From: a virus
DNA length: 64,000 nt
Direction: 5' to 3' (one strand)
IMG/VR virus record: IMGVR_UViG_3300021429_002604
Coordinates: 1 to 64,000 of that record
The position numbers and the translations under genes are program-made. The stretch's first letter is position 1; every line of letters starts with the position of its first letter. The notes beneath the pieces are model-generated. The model saw only the letters and a program-made list of their open reading frames with translations, had not been told where the DNA came from and did not search any database. Positions 47,352 through 56,661 of this stretch are shown piece by piece.

Positions 47352-49301
47352 ATGCCAACAACTCAAAAATTGAACGAAGATTTGGTCTTTATCCTCGAAA
47401 GACAAAGTACAGTCCTTGAATCTAAAAAAACAGATTCGGATGATTATGTCTTAGAAGGTACTGCTGCTGTGTTTGGAAAAGAGAACAACAACAACAGAAT
47501 ATATGAAGAGGCCGAATATCTTCCACACCTAAACTACCTTAAGGACAAAATAGCTCAAAAGAGGTTGGTTGGTGAATTGGATCACCCTGAGAAATTCGAT
47601 GTTTCTTTGAAAAACATTTCACACATCATCACTGATCTTAATCACGATAAAGCTAACAGAGAGATTAAGATTAAGGTAAGACTTTTAGATACCCCAGCAG
47701 GACAAATCGCTAAAAAGCTAGTAGATGCTGGAGTACCACTTTCAATATCATCAAGAGCAGCTGGTGCAGTTGGTAATGATAAGAAAGTACAAATCAAGAA
47801 AATATTCACTTACGATTTAGTTGCCGATCCAGGATTTCAGGACGCACAATTAGAAAGAGTATACGAAAGCGCAGGCTATACATTTCAAGAATTCTTTGAA
47901 ATGAGAAATAACAGCGTTTTATCCGATCTAGTTTGTATGAATGAATCATTAGGTCTAGAAAATGAATCTACAGTGAAGATATATAAAGTTGAAAATAACG
48001 AAGAATTCAACAAACTCGTATCAAAATCAGACAAAAATAAAACAATCCTCATGGAGAATAATGAATTTGTTACTGCGGAAGAACTTAATCAATATTCAAT
48101 TTTCTTGAAAAAGGAAATGGATTCGATGAAGTCTACATTGGCAGAAATTAAAGAACAAAAAGAAAAATTAAGCGAATCCGCTGAAGAGTCTAACACTTCA
48201 GACTTGGAAGAGAGAGTAGCAAAACTTGAAAAGTACTCTGAGTATTTAGCTGAGAATTTGGACAGTGCTATTAAATACGGTGAGTATTTAGCAGAGAATC
48301 TAGATTCAAGCATCAGCTACACTAAATACTTGGCTGAGAATTTGGACAAGAACATCTCTTACTCTAAGTATTTAGCAGAAAACGTAGACAAATCAATTTC
48401 TTACTCTGAGTATGTTGCAGAGAGCGTTGATAAATCTATCGAGTATTCTAAATATCTTGCTGAGAAGGTAGATCAAAATATCCAATATTCTGAGTACTTA
48501 GCAGAAAACGTAGACAAAGGTATTGCTTATAGCGAATATCTAGGTGAGAACCTTGACAAAGGTATTGCTTACACTGAATACGTTGCTGAGAAACTAAATA
48601 ATGGTATTGAATACTCTGAGTATCTAGGTGAGAATCTAAACAAATCAATTGAGTACTCTGATTATTTAGCAGAGAACGTTAACAGAGGTTTAGATTATTC
48701 TGAGTACTTAGCAGAAAAAGTTAAAAGATCAATCTCTTATAGTGAATATATTGCTGAAAACGTTAATAACGGAACAATGAATAAAACAGAATCACTAAGA
48801 GAAAGCGTAGATCTTTCAGCTCAAGCAGGTTTAAATGAATCTGGATTTGCTGGAGATTACACTAATCTTTCATCACAAATTGATAATTTGATAGAATCAG
48901 TTAAAACACAAAAAACTGAGTCAAATATAAACGAAGCTTCTAGAAACGTAGAAGCACCAGCCGACACACAAAAGGCAGAAACTCTTAACGAAGAGGAGAA
49001 CACCAACAAAACAGGTCTTAAGTTTATCGATGAGATGCCTGAAGAATACACTCAGGTTTGGGAATCACTTACAGAAAGTCACCAGCAATCTATTGTTGCT
49101 CAAAGTAACTTCTATAGGTTAGATACACCTTACCAGATTAAAAACTTCTGGTCAACACGTCAACTTGGAACTAAAACAGTTGGGGTTCAAAAACTAGACG
49201 AGAGTGAAAACGTAGCTCAAACAAATGCAAACCAGGCTTATTCAAGTGATTACATGAATTACATAGCTTCTGCATTAGAGCAAAAATTCGCAAGAAGATA
49301 A
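47352..49301 (+). CDS. gp21: Prohead protease (gp21-like) fused to a scaffold/core domain
   Basis: NNNNRIY, GELDHP, ISSRAAG, TYDLVADPGF, followed by a long coiled-coil repeat region. Confidence 0.92.
   Translation: MPTTQKLNEDLVFILERQSTVLESKKTDSDDYVLEGTAAVFGKENNNNRIYEEAEYLPHLNYLKDKIAQKRLVGELDHPEKFDVSLKNISHIITDLNHDKANREIKIKVRLLDTPAGQIAKKLVDAGVPLSISSRAAGAVGNDKKVQIKKIFTYDLVADPGFQDAQLERVYESAGYTFQEFFEMRNNSVLSDLVCMNESLGLENESTVKIYKVENNEEFNKLVSKSDKNKTILMENNEFVTAEELNQYSIFLKKEMDSMKSTLAEIKEQKEKLSESAEESNTSDLEERVAKLEKYSEYLAENLDSAIKYGEYLAENLDSSISYTKYLAENLDKNISYSKYLAENVDKSISYSEYVAESVDKSIEYSKYLAEKVDQNIQYSEYLAENVDKGIAYSEYLGENLDKGIAYTEYVAEKLNNGIEYSEYLGENLNKSIEYSDYLAENVNRGLDYSEYLAEKVKRSISYSEYIAENVNNGTMNKTESLRESVDLSAQAGLNESGFAGDYTNLSSQIDNLIESVKTQKTESNINEASRNVEAPADTQKAETLNEEENTNKTGLKFIDEMPEEYTQVWESLTESHQQSIVAQSNFYRLDTPYQIKNFWSTRQLGTKTVGVQKLDESENVAQTNANQAYSSDYMNYIASALEQKFARR
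48231..48776 (+). repeat. 13 tandem 42-nt (14-aa) coding repeats, consensus xYSEYLAENLDKxI
   Basis: Counted directly from KYSEYLAENLDSAI to SYSEYIAENVNNGT. Confidence 0.95.
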
Positions 49302-49330
49302 ATTAAAAAATAAAAAAAACAACTAAAATC

Positions 49331-51052
49331 ATGAAATTGATTAACGAACAAGAAATCTATGATACCTGGTCTCCGATTATCGAGAGCAAAGCAGGGATCA
49401 CTGATTCAAGCAAAAAAGAGTGGTTGACTAAATACTGTCACTACCATTCATTAAACGAAAGTGCCGGAGCGTATAACTCATTAGGAGTTGTAAACGGTAT
49501 GGGTGCAGTAGCTCCGCCATTATACCCTGGAATGAGTGCATTCACAGGTACAGCTAACGCTGGTTTCTACAACAGCACAAACCAAGGTTCAGGAGATAAA
49601 TTCCCTTCATTGTTACCATTAGCTATTCAGGTAGCTGCTAAAACAATCGGATTTGATATCGTTCCTGTTATCCCTATGTCTGGTCCAACTGGTATCTTGT
49701 CTTACTTAGACTACGTATACGCAGGTGGTAAATTAGCTGGTACAACTGGTGCTGATGCTTCAGGTGCTGATGCTTTAGCTAAAGCTCCTGCATTGATTAA
49801 ATTCCCAGTTTACCAAGGTTCATCTGCAGGTGCAACTGGTGCTACAGCTGGAACATTCACAGTAGGTACTGGTTATACAGTTACTTCTGCTGCTGGTGGT
49901 GTATTAACATTAAAATTCGTGGGTCTATCAAGAATTGATGGTTTCCCAATCTTCGAAGTTGAAGGTGTTACTGCAAACTACACTGTTGCATCTATCATCA
50001 ACGGTACTTCTGTACAAGTTGCTACTGCTACTGGTATGTACACTGGTACTTCTTCATCATCTAACGGTTATGTTGCTCAATTAGTTAAAGCTTTAGAAGA
50101 TCACATCCAAGGATTCTCTGGTGCTGGTTTCAACAACACCAACGATTGGCAAGGTCCTTACGTTGATGGTACTAAAACTTACAACCCAATGTTAAGAGGT
50201 GTTGCTGAGTCTACTTACTACAACTCAATGGGTCTTTCTACTTTCACTAAGTTCGTAGAAGCTGAGACTTTCCAAGTTGCTGCTTCAGTTACAACTGAGC
50301 AAATTCAAGACCTTAACAAACAATTCGGTATCGACGTTATCTCAATGATCGAGAACGCATTGGTTAATGAGGTTTCTCAAGCAATTAACAAGCACATCCT
50401 TTCAAGAGCATTCGCTTTAGGTTGGTCTAACCACATTCAGTTCAACAATGTTGAAAACCAAAACTTGAACTTGAACCTAATCCTTAGCGGTGCTGCTGGT
50501 ACTACATCAAACTACGTTAACAAATCTGATGTTAATGTAACTATGGCATTGCCTGCAGGTCCTGCATCAACTTCTTACGAGAACTTGTCAACTTTACAAA
50601 GAAGACTATTCTCTAGAATTCTTGCAGCTGCAAACGTAGTAGCTAACAGAGGTAGAAGAGGTCCTGCTAACTTCATCGTAACAAACGCTGCAGTTGCAAG
50701 TGCACTTCAAGACATCTCTCAGTTCACTTTCGCTCCATTCTCTAACACGTTGACTCAAAACAACGGTACTTTATACCCTGTAGGTTCGCTTGCTGGTATG
50801 ACAGTTTACGTTGATCAAAACATGAGCTACAGCGATACAAGAGTATTGGTTGGTAGAAAAGGTGGTGATGACGAACCAGGACTTAAATTCATGCCTTACA
50901 TGATGGCTGAGTCTATTCAGACAATCTCTGAAGGTACAATGTCACCTAAGATCGCAGTTAAATCTAGATACGCTCTAGTTGAAGCTGGTATGTTACCTGA
51001 AACAATGTACTTAACATTCTATGTTAACGTGCCTTCAGGTGGTTTAGCATAA
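49331..51052 (+). CDS. gp23: Major capsid protein (gp23-like)
   Basis: IVPVIPMSGPTG, EINK-like AINKHIL, RRGPANFIV, MPY, and KSRYAL. Confidence 0.95.
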   Translation: MKLINEQEIYDTWSPIIESKAGITDSSKKEWLTKYCHYHSLNESAGAYNSLGVVNGMGAVAPPLYPGMSAFTGTANAGFYNSTNQGSGDKFPSLLPLAIQVAAKTIGFDIVPVIPMSGPTGILSYLDYVYAGGKLAGTTGADASGADALAKAPALIKFPVYQGSSAGATGATAGTFTVGTGYTVTSAAGGVLTLKFVGLSRIDGFPIFEVEGVTANYTVASIINGTSVQVATATGMYTGTSSSSNGYVAQLVKALEDHIQGFSGAGFNNTNDWQGPYVDGTKTYNPMLRGVAESTYYNSMGLSTFTKFVEAETFQVAASVTTEQIQDLNKQFGIDVISMIENALVNEVSQAINKHILSRAFALGWSNHIQFNNVENQNLNLNLILSGAAGTTSNYVNKSDVNVTMALPAGPASTSYENLSTLQRRLFSRILAAANVVANRGRRGPANFIVTNAAVASALQDISQFTFAPFSNTLTQNNGTLYPVGSLAGMTVYVDQNMSYSDTRVLVGRKGGDDEPGLKFMPYMMAESIQTISEGTMSPKIAVKSRYALVEAGMLPETMYLTFYVNVPSGGLA

Positions 51053-51071
51053 TCTTAAACACTTATAATTT

Positions 51072-51105
51072 AGAAACCCTAGGATTTATCCTAGGGTTTC
51101 TTTTT
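51072..51105 (+). terminator. Strong terminator after the major capsid gene
   Basis: 13-bp stem AGAAACCCTAGGA-ttta-TCCTAGGGTTTCT followed by TTTT. Confidence 0.9.
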
Positions 51106-51113
51106 GTGTGTGG

Positions 51114-51121
51114 GATATATA
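51114..51121 (+). promoter_or_regulatory. Class III (late) promoter GATATATA
   Basis: Intergenic, 34 nt before ATG 51148. Confidence 0.7.
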
Positions 51122-51147
51122 GAAGGTAAAAAACTAATTGTTCAGAT

Positions 51148-52299
51148 ATGAAAAATATACCGTCGTTTAACGAGTTTAAAAAATACGAAGATTTAATTGA
51201 GAAAGTGGACCCTAGATTGGTGCAGGAACTTAAATCTCTTGAGACTGCCGAACCTTACCACACAGTTAACGAAGGCCAGTTGATGAATGTTGTTAAAAAC
51301 AGTCTCTCCAAATTCTTTTTAGGTTCAATGTCAAGAGTTGGTATGATAGACCAGGCTAGAAAAATTATACTGGATCTTGAGCTTGATATAGTTGAAAAGA
51401 AAGATGAGTTCGAAAGATCCATAGAAAAACTTGACTCTCAAATAGATAGCCTAACAAAAATGGGTGACAAGGATAAGATTTTATCTGTTGAGAAGGAGAG
51501 AGAAACTAAAGCCAGAGAAATCGAGGCATATCTTAAAGCACAAAAACTTAAGATCAAAAAATCTAAAGATGTTGCTCTTAAATTAGTTGACGGAAACTCT
51601 AGAAGGAAGGAATATCTTGACGCTGGTTATTCTGAGGATGAGATTGCTATAGCTGAACTTGAATATAAACTTGCTCAGGAAAGAGCGGAAGATCAGAGCA
51701 AATTGAATGACTATAAGGAGAAGGTCGATGCAGCAAGAAAAGAAGCTGAGGAGAAAGCAAGGGATATCAATAACAAGACTGAGAAAGATAATGAGAAAAA
51801 TGAGGCTCCACAGGAGGATCTTTCTGTTGACCCGGAGAAAGAAAAAAGAAAGATAGCAAGCAGAAAGGGAAAGGATCTTATCCAGAGAAAGAATGAGTTG
51901 GAGAAGGAAATAGCTGATCTAAGATCGTCGATTGAAAGAAAATTGAATCAACTAGAATCAAAAATCAGAAGAAACCCAAAGAGTTTAACAGGGAAATATA
52001 TGGAATCAGTAAAGATCGAGTTACTCGAGATTAGCTCAGCATTGGATTCTAAAGAGAATCTGCTTAGATTATTCAGAGGTTTAGGTAAAACCGAAACTGA
52101 AATTTCTCAAGTACTAAGCAAAGAATCAGATTTCACTAAAATTGCCAATAAAATAAACCAAGGTATTGTTGATGGCGAGGACGCTAATTCTGGAACTAAA
52201 AAGATTATTTCTGATCTTTTCTCCCAAGTTAGTTCTGGGAACGAGCAGACTATAAATCCTTCAGAAATTAAGAATGCTAAATCTAAATTAAATAATTAA
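51148..52299 (+). CDS. Coiled-coil putative internal head protein
   Basis: MKNIPSFNEF...VNE; paralogous to 52302..53195. Confidence 0.6.
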   Translation: MKNIPSFNEFKKYEDLIEKVDPRLVQELKSLETAEPYHTVNEGQLMNVVKNSLSKFFLGSMSRVGMIDQARKIILDLELDIVEKKDEFERSIEKLDSQIDSLTKMGDKDKILSVEKERETKAREIEAYLKAQKLKIKKSKDVALKLVDGNSRRKEYLDAGYSEDEIAIAELEYKLAQERAEDQSKLNDYKEKVDAARKEAEEKARDINNKTEKDNEKNEAPQEDLSVDPEKEKRKIASRKGKDLIQRKNELEKEIADLRSSIERKLNQLESKIRRNPKSLTGKYMESVKIELLEISSALDSKENLLRLFRGLGKTETEISQVLSKESDFTKIANKINQGIVDGEDANSGTKKIISDLFSQVSSGNEQTINPSEIKNAKSKLNN

Positions 52300-52301
52300 T
52301 A

Positions 52302-53195
52302 ATGACTCTTAAATTTAAAGAATGGGAAGAGCTAAATGAAGCAAATCTTTTTGGTAAGATAAAGGATTGGTTCAGTAGTAATTTCGGAGGATCTCTTAGT
52401 AAAATTGAGGGTCTTCTATACGATTATAAAAAACTGGAATTGGAATTTGTCGACGAATGGCAGGAAATAGCTGTTGAAATAGACAAACTCGAATTGGAGA
52501 AAGGCCAAGCAAAGAATGATCCTGCTGCACTAAAAAAAGCGGAGAGATATATTCAGAGAAACAATGAGGTTTTAGTTAATGCTAAAAAAGCTCACGCTAA
52601 GAAGATAGATCACCTGATGAAGGTGGTCATGGATGTTATTGGTGATAGCAGAAAGCTTCAGAATTTTTGGGAGACCAATAAATCTAAGATTGATGCTGAT
52701 GTTGCTGAGGAGATGTATAAGAGATCGAAAGATCTAGCTGATACAACGGAATCAAGAGATCTTTATGACAAGTACAAAAAAGCGGTATTAGCAGCTAAGG
52801 AGAGGGACCTAGCATTCAGAAACAAATACGGGGATCTTATTAGCAGAGAGGATAAAAAAGAAGAGGCATCGAAATCTAAGGGTTCTGCGCCATCTACGGA
52901 AGCATCTGCTGATCTCTATATTACAATGTCTCTTGCTGATTTTACAAAAGCGGTATCTGATCTAACACCAGCTCAAGCTAAAAGTCTGGTATCTTTGTTA
53001 ATAAAGCAAAGAAATGAGTTATATGTTCAGATGGACATGGAAAGAGAAGCTCTTAATGATCAGATTGCTAATAAAACGGGATCTGGCGCAACTCGTGATG
53101 ATGCAGCTAAGAAGATTAAAGAGATTAGAGAAAAATACATGGAAACCATCAGGGATCTTAGATCTAAAATAACGATAGCTAGAAAAAATGCTTAG
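52302..53195 (+). CDS. Coiled-coil putative internal head protein
   Basis: MTLKFKEWEELNE; shares LEL..V...E....I.KL and A...YK with the previous ORF. Confidence 0.6.
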   Translation: MTLKFKEWEELNEANLFGKIKDWFSSNFGGSLSKIEGLLYDYKKLELEFVDEWQEIAVEIDKLELEKGQAKNDPAALKKAERYIQRNNEVLVNAKKAHAKKIDHLMKVVMDVIGDSRKLQNFWETNKSKIDADVAEEMYKRSKDLADTTESRDLYDKYKKAVLAAKERDLAFRNKYGDLISREDKKEEASKSKGSAPSTEASADLYITMSLADFTKAVSDLTPAQAKSLVSLLIKQRNELYVQMDMEREALNDQIANKTGSGATRDDAAKKIKEIREKYMETIRDLRSKITIARKNA

Positions 53196-53445
53196 TTTTG
53201 ATGAATTCAGATTAACCGAGGCTTCTAATAACACAAAAGCTCAAGAAATTAAACTTCAGATTTCCAAAAAATTCGACGAGATTTCTGATGCTAAGAAGGC
53301 TAAAAAATCTGGTGATCCAAATTCAGAAGCTGAGAGTATCGATAAACAGGCAGCTGCTTATTCTGAAATATCAACACTTATGAAATCACTTTCCGCCGAG
53401 ATAAAATCAAATGCAGGCAAAGGCGATTCAACTAATATATACTAA
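53188..53445 (+). CDS. Small putative internal head protein
   Basis: MLSFDEFRLTE N-terminus. Confidence 0.6.
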   Translation: MLSFDEFRLTEASNNTKAQEIKLQISKKFDEISDAKKAKKSGDPNSEAESIDKQAAAYSEISTLMKSLSAEIKSNAGKGDSTNIY

Positions 53446-53446
53446 A

Positions 53447-55951
53447 ATGATGAACAAGAATCCATATTTAAATAATCTAGTAGCAAGATCCTTATTTGAG
53501 GGACACTACGATAAAATTTTCGAAAACGAGAAGGTAGATGCTTTGTTGAATAAGATTTCCGACAATGCATTGGATGCTTTCAAGATCTTAACATTCGATC
53601 TTGCTCCAGCGAGAGATAGAAATCCTGATATCATGAGAGTTAAACTTTCCGATATCAGCAACTCTAAAAATGTTAAAGAGCTAACTGCAAAATTGCTAGA
53701 TTATGCGGACGATAACGATCTATTAAATTCAAAGTACGCTGAAACTAAGAGACTTTATTTGGAAGCTTTAAAAAAGCTATCTGATGCACTTAATAGGGCA
53801 GCAGAAATAGGTAAGGATAAAGATGAGGTGATAATGAAATCATTTAGAAAATCCCCACTGAAACTCCAGAATTCCTTAGATAATATAGCTAAACAAGCTG
53901 AGGAGGAATTAAAGGCAAAGAAAGTTGATGAGTCAGCTGAATTTTTAGCCGACGCTGTGAATGAGTCAATCTTCACTGGATACAGAGGAAGAGTCGAGAA
54001 TCTAAAAAAACTTCTTGCTAACTTAATTACTTCTTCTGAGGGTAAAGATCAGAGAAGTGGATATGGAAGAGATTGGAAAAGAACTTTTATCGATCTTGAC
54101 GAGAAAAGAAAAGTTCTGGACAACACTAGAGGCGGATTTGGTGAGAAGGATAAGAAAGCACTTGATGAATTAGAAAAACAAGTTGAAAAATTCCAGGAAG
54201 AATTTAACAAGGCAATCATTCAAGCTGCAAACAGATCTCTACAAAATTTAGAGGATGACGAGGAAGTTTACACATCATATTCTGATGTTACTGATCTAGC
54301 TAGTACTGCTTTGGATCTTTTAACTAGAGCTAAAGCACAATATGCTATAACAGCTAAGGAAATCAAAGAAGATCAGATCGCTGAAGAAAACACAGTTATT
54401 AAATCAGTTTTCCCGCTTAAAAGAGGTGATACAGATTCTGATAAAAAGATTAAAGGAAGCGGATTAATATACGCACTTCAGAGTGCTTTGGTTAATGGCA
54501 TTCCAGCCGCGAGTAAGCTTATAAAATCAAAAGGTGGACCTAACGGAAAATATGGACCAGCTACCACCGCAGTTGTATCCACCCTTCAGAAGATGGTTGG
54601 TAATAAAAATACCAGCGGTGAACTTGATAAGTCATTATTGGATGATATCGTTGCATCTGACTGGGTTTCTGAAAAGGATAAAAAAGCAATACAGAAATCT
54701 TTGGAAATCGTTAGAAACAAAATGAATGAGAGCTCAAGTCCAATTATTAGTTTGTCAGATTTCAAAAAACTTTATGAGGGTAAGATTGTTATTAACAACT
54801 CCGATTTCGAAAAAGAGCTAACCACACAATATAAAAATATAGGTGGAACAGTAGGGACTCGTTCGGCTAAGGGAGAGACTCACGAATCCCCAGGAAGAGG
54901 TGGCTCATCATCCGGTGTTAAATCACTGGCTAAAAATCTAAGATCAGCATATAACTTAAAGGTGGAGGATGACGATTTCGTTAAACAAGATGGATCATTA
55001 AGATCTTCTTACAGTCCACAGTTTATCAAAGCTTGGAATACTAGTTTGGAAAAAGTTATGACTGGTAAGAAAGCTGATGAGTATTCATACTTCTTTTTCT
55101 CCGGCGGAGTTTATAATATAAACTTAGCATCAAGTTCATTAAAAACCCCATGTAACTGGAATAAATGGGCGGATGCCAGAGGAATTAAAACATTGGGTAA
55201 CGATGACGCAACAGATTTTGTTGAGAATTATATCAAAGGCTGGACAACATTCGGTATGGTTAGACCAGGATATAGATATGACGGTATTAAGTCACTATTA
55301 AGGGCTAATGCTCAGAATGACGATCTTGATCTAAGCACAGCTTATGAGATGATGGAAACTTCTGTTAAAAACAAGAGTGTACCTTTTATTGATTATGATA
55401 ATCTTAAGGGAGATATTGCTAAAGCATTTGGATTAGCACTACAAAGAGGAGAAAAAAGTCCAGATCTAGGAAAAGAGGAATTTGTTGCAATTAACAATTT
55501 CCTAATTATGATCGCTAATGCAGTTTCTTTTGATGGAAGCAAATTTATCAGCTGTCTAAAATGGATACATGATAATATACTGGGTGAAGCAACTGCAAAA
55601 AGAGTAAAGAGAGATAACATATATGGACTTTCTAGAAATGCTGATGATGATGACTCGGGTAAATTACTAGGATTTCAGGGATCACAGATCATAATAGCGG
55701 GATCTCAAAAACTTGCAGATAAAAAATTAAATAAAAAAGGAGAGATTAGTGAGGATTTACCGGGTATAAAGGTTTTATCTGAAGATGATCGCGGGGGTAC
55801 TGATATACAAAAAGTGCTAGCTAAAAATTGCTATTACATAGGAGCGGATGTTTATCCTAGCATTAAGCTACATGTGAAAAGAATGAATGCTACGAACTTT
55901 GAACAGGTTCCTCAGTCTGCACCATTTAAATGCCAAGAATTTAAAGCTTAA
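53447..55951 (+). CDS. Large putative virion protein with a peptidoglycan-binding-like domain
   Basis: LKRGD...IYALQSAL...PNGKYGPATTAVVSTLQKMVG at about 54409-54601; start probably 53447. Confidence 0.6.
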   Translation: MMNKNPYLNNLVARSLFEGHYDKIFENEKVDALLNKISDNALDAFKILTFDLAPARDRNPDIMRVKLSDISNSKNVKELTAKLLDYADDNDLLNSKYAETKRLYLEALKKLSDALNRAAEIGKDKDEVIMKSFRKSPLKLQNSLDNIAKQAEEELKAKKVDESAEFLADAVNESIFTGYRGRVENLKKLLANLITSSEGKDQRSGYGRDWKRTFIDLDEKRKVLDNTRGGFGEKDKKALDELEKQVEKFQEEFNKAIIQAANRSLQNLEDDEEVYTSYSDVTDLASTALDLLTRAKAQYAITAKEIKEDQIAEENTVIKSVFPLKRGDTDSDKKIKGSGLIYALQSALVNGIPAASKLIKSKGGPNGKYGPATTAVVSTLQKMVGNKNTSGELDKSLLDDIVASDWVSEKDKKAIQKSLEIVRNKMNESSSPIISLSDFKKLYEGKIVINNSDFEKELTTQYKNIGGTVGTRSAKGETHESPGRGGSSSGVKSLAKNLRSAYNLKVEDDDFVKQDGSLRSSYSPQFIKAWNTSLEKVMTGKKADEYSYFFFSGGVYNINLASSSLKTPCNWNKWADARGIKTLGNDDATDFVENYIKGWTTFGMVRPGYRYDGIKSLLRANAQNDDLDLSTAYEMMETSVKNKSVPFIDYDNLKGDIAKAFGLALQRGEKSPDLGKEEFVAINNFLIMIANAVSFDGSKFISCLKWIHDNILGEATAKRVKRDNIYGLSRNADDDDSGKLLGFQGSQIIIAGSQKLADKKLNKKGEISEDLPGIKVLSEDDRGGTDIQKVLAKNCYYIGADVYPSIKLHVKRMNATNFEQVPQSAPFKCQEFKA

Positions 55952-55974
55952 TATCATATTTTTTTAATAACACT

Positions 55975-56003
55975 AAGGAGGGACCAAAAATCCCTCCTTT
56001 TTT
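55975..56003 (+). terminator. Rho-independent terminator
   Basis: AAGGAGGGA-ccaaaaa-TCCCTCCTT followed by TTTT. Confidence 0.85.
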
Positions 56004-56014
56004 ATTTTTATTGT

Positions 56015-56036
56015 CCGGGATTTTGTGTTACTTTTG
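56015..56036 (+). promoter_or_regulatory. Class I promoter: YCG-N11-TAnnTTTG
   Basis: CCG-ggattttgtgt-TACTTTTG upstream of the kinase-AsnB pair. Confidence 0.7.
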
Positions 56037-56077
56037 CATGATATGAAAACAAAATCCGAAAGGACAATATAATCTAC

Positions 56078-56659
56078 ATGGTATACGTATTTGAAGGACC
56101 CAGAAATTCGGGTAAGACATTCCTCTCTAAATTTATAGCTGAGAAATTTGACATGCCAAGGTATCAGTTTGCCTTTGCGGATTATTTTTCTAAACTTAAT
56201 CTGGAAAGTAGAAATAGTAGGGAAGCCCATGCTTTTGCTATGGGTAAGGAACTTATGCTTATGCAACTTTTTAAAGATCTCGATCCTTGCAATTATTTAA
56301 CAGATCCATTCTCTTTCGTACACGATCGCGGGATTCTTACTGTTCTTGCATGGGGAATAATGGAAGGTAGAATAACTGAAAGTGAAATGGAGGATCAAGT
56401 CAAGATGATTAATCAGATGGGTTTAATGGACGAAATTTCCATTATTTTCGTAACGGGTGACAATCCAGATAAGATGGAGAGAAATAAGGATCAGTGGGAT
56501 CACATAGATGGTGACAACAGGGAACTTGAAGCATACAATAAGGTTATTTCAAAATTCGAAGAGCATGGTATAGCAAAAATCTGGAAATTCACAAATCGCT
56601 TTGGTGACGAGTCACTTACAGATATTACATTAATGTTTGAAAATATATTATTTGATTAA
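56078..56659 (+). CDS. P-loop nucleoside-monophosphate kinase-like protein
   Basis: VFEGPRNSGKT and VHDRGILT, a thymidylate-kinase-like layout. Confidence 0.75.
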   Translation: MVYVFEGPRNSGKTFLSKFIAEKFDMPRYQFAFADYFSKLNLESRNSREAHAFAMGKELMLMQLFKDLDPCNYLTDPFSFVHDRGILTVLAWGIMEGRITESEMEDQVKMINQMGLMDEISIIFVTGDNPDKMERNKDQWDHIDGDNRELEAYNKVISKFEEHGIAKIWKFTNRFGDESLTDITLMFENILFD

Positions 56660-56661
56660 AT

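Noticed and set aside
48231-48776. 42-nt periodicity resembling a CRISPR or other non-coding array
   Set aside because: The repeats are contiguous, have no spacers, vary at synonymous positions and encode a 14-aa protein repeat.
53181-53195. A AAA AAT slippery-like site at the 52302/53188 overlap
   Set aside because: The downstream ORF is in the +1 frame, not -1, and has its own ATG and targeting motif; this is an ordinary gene overlap.
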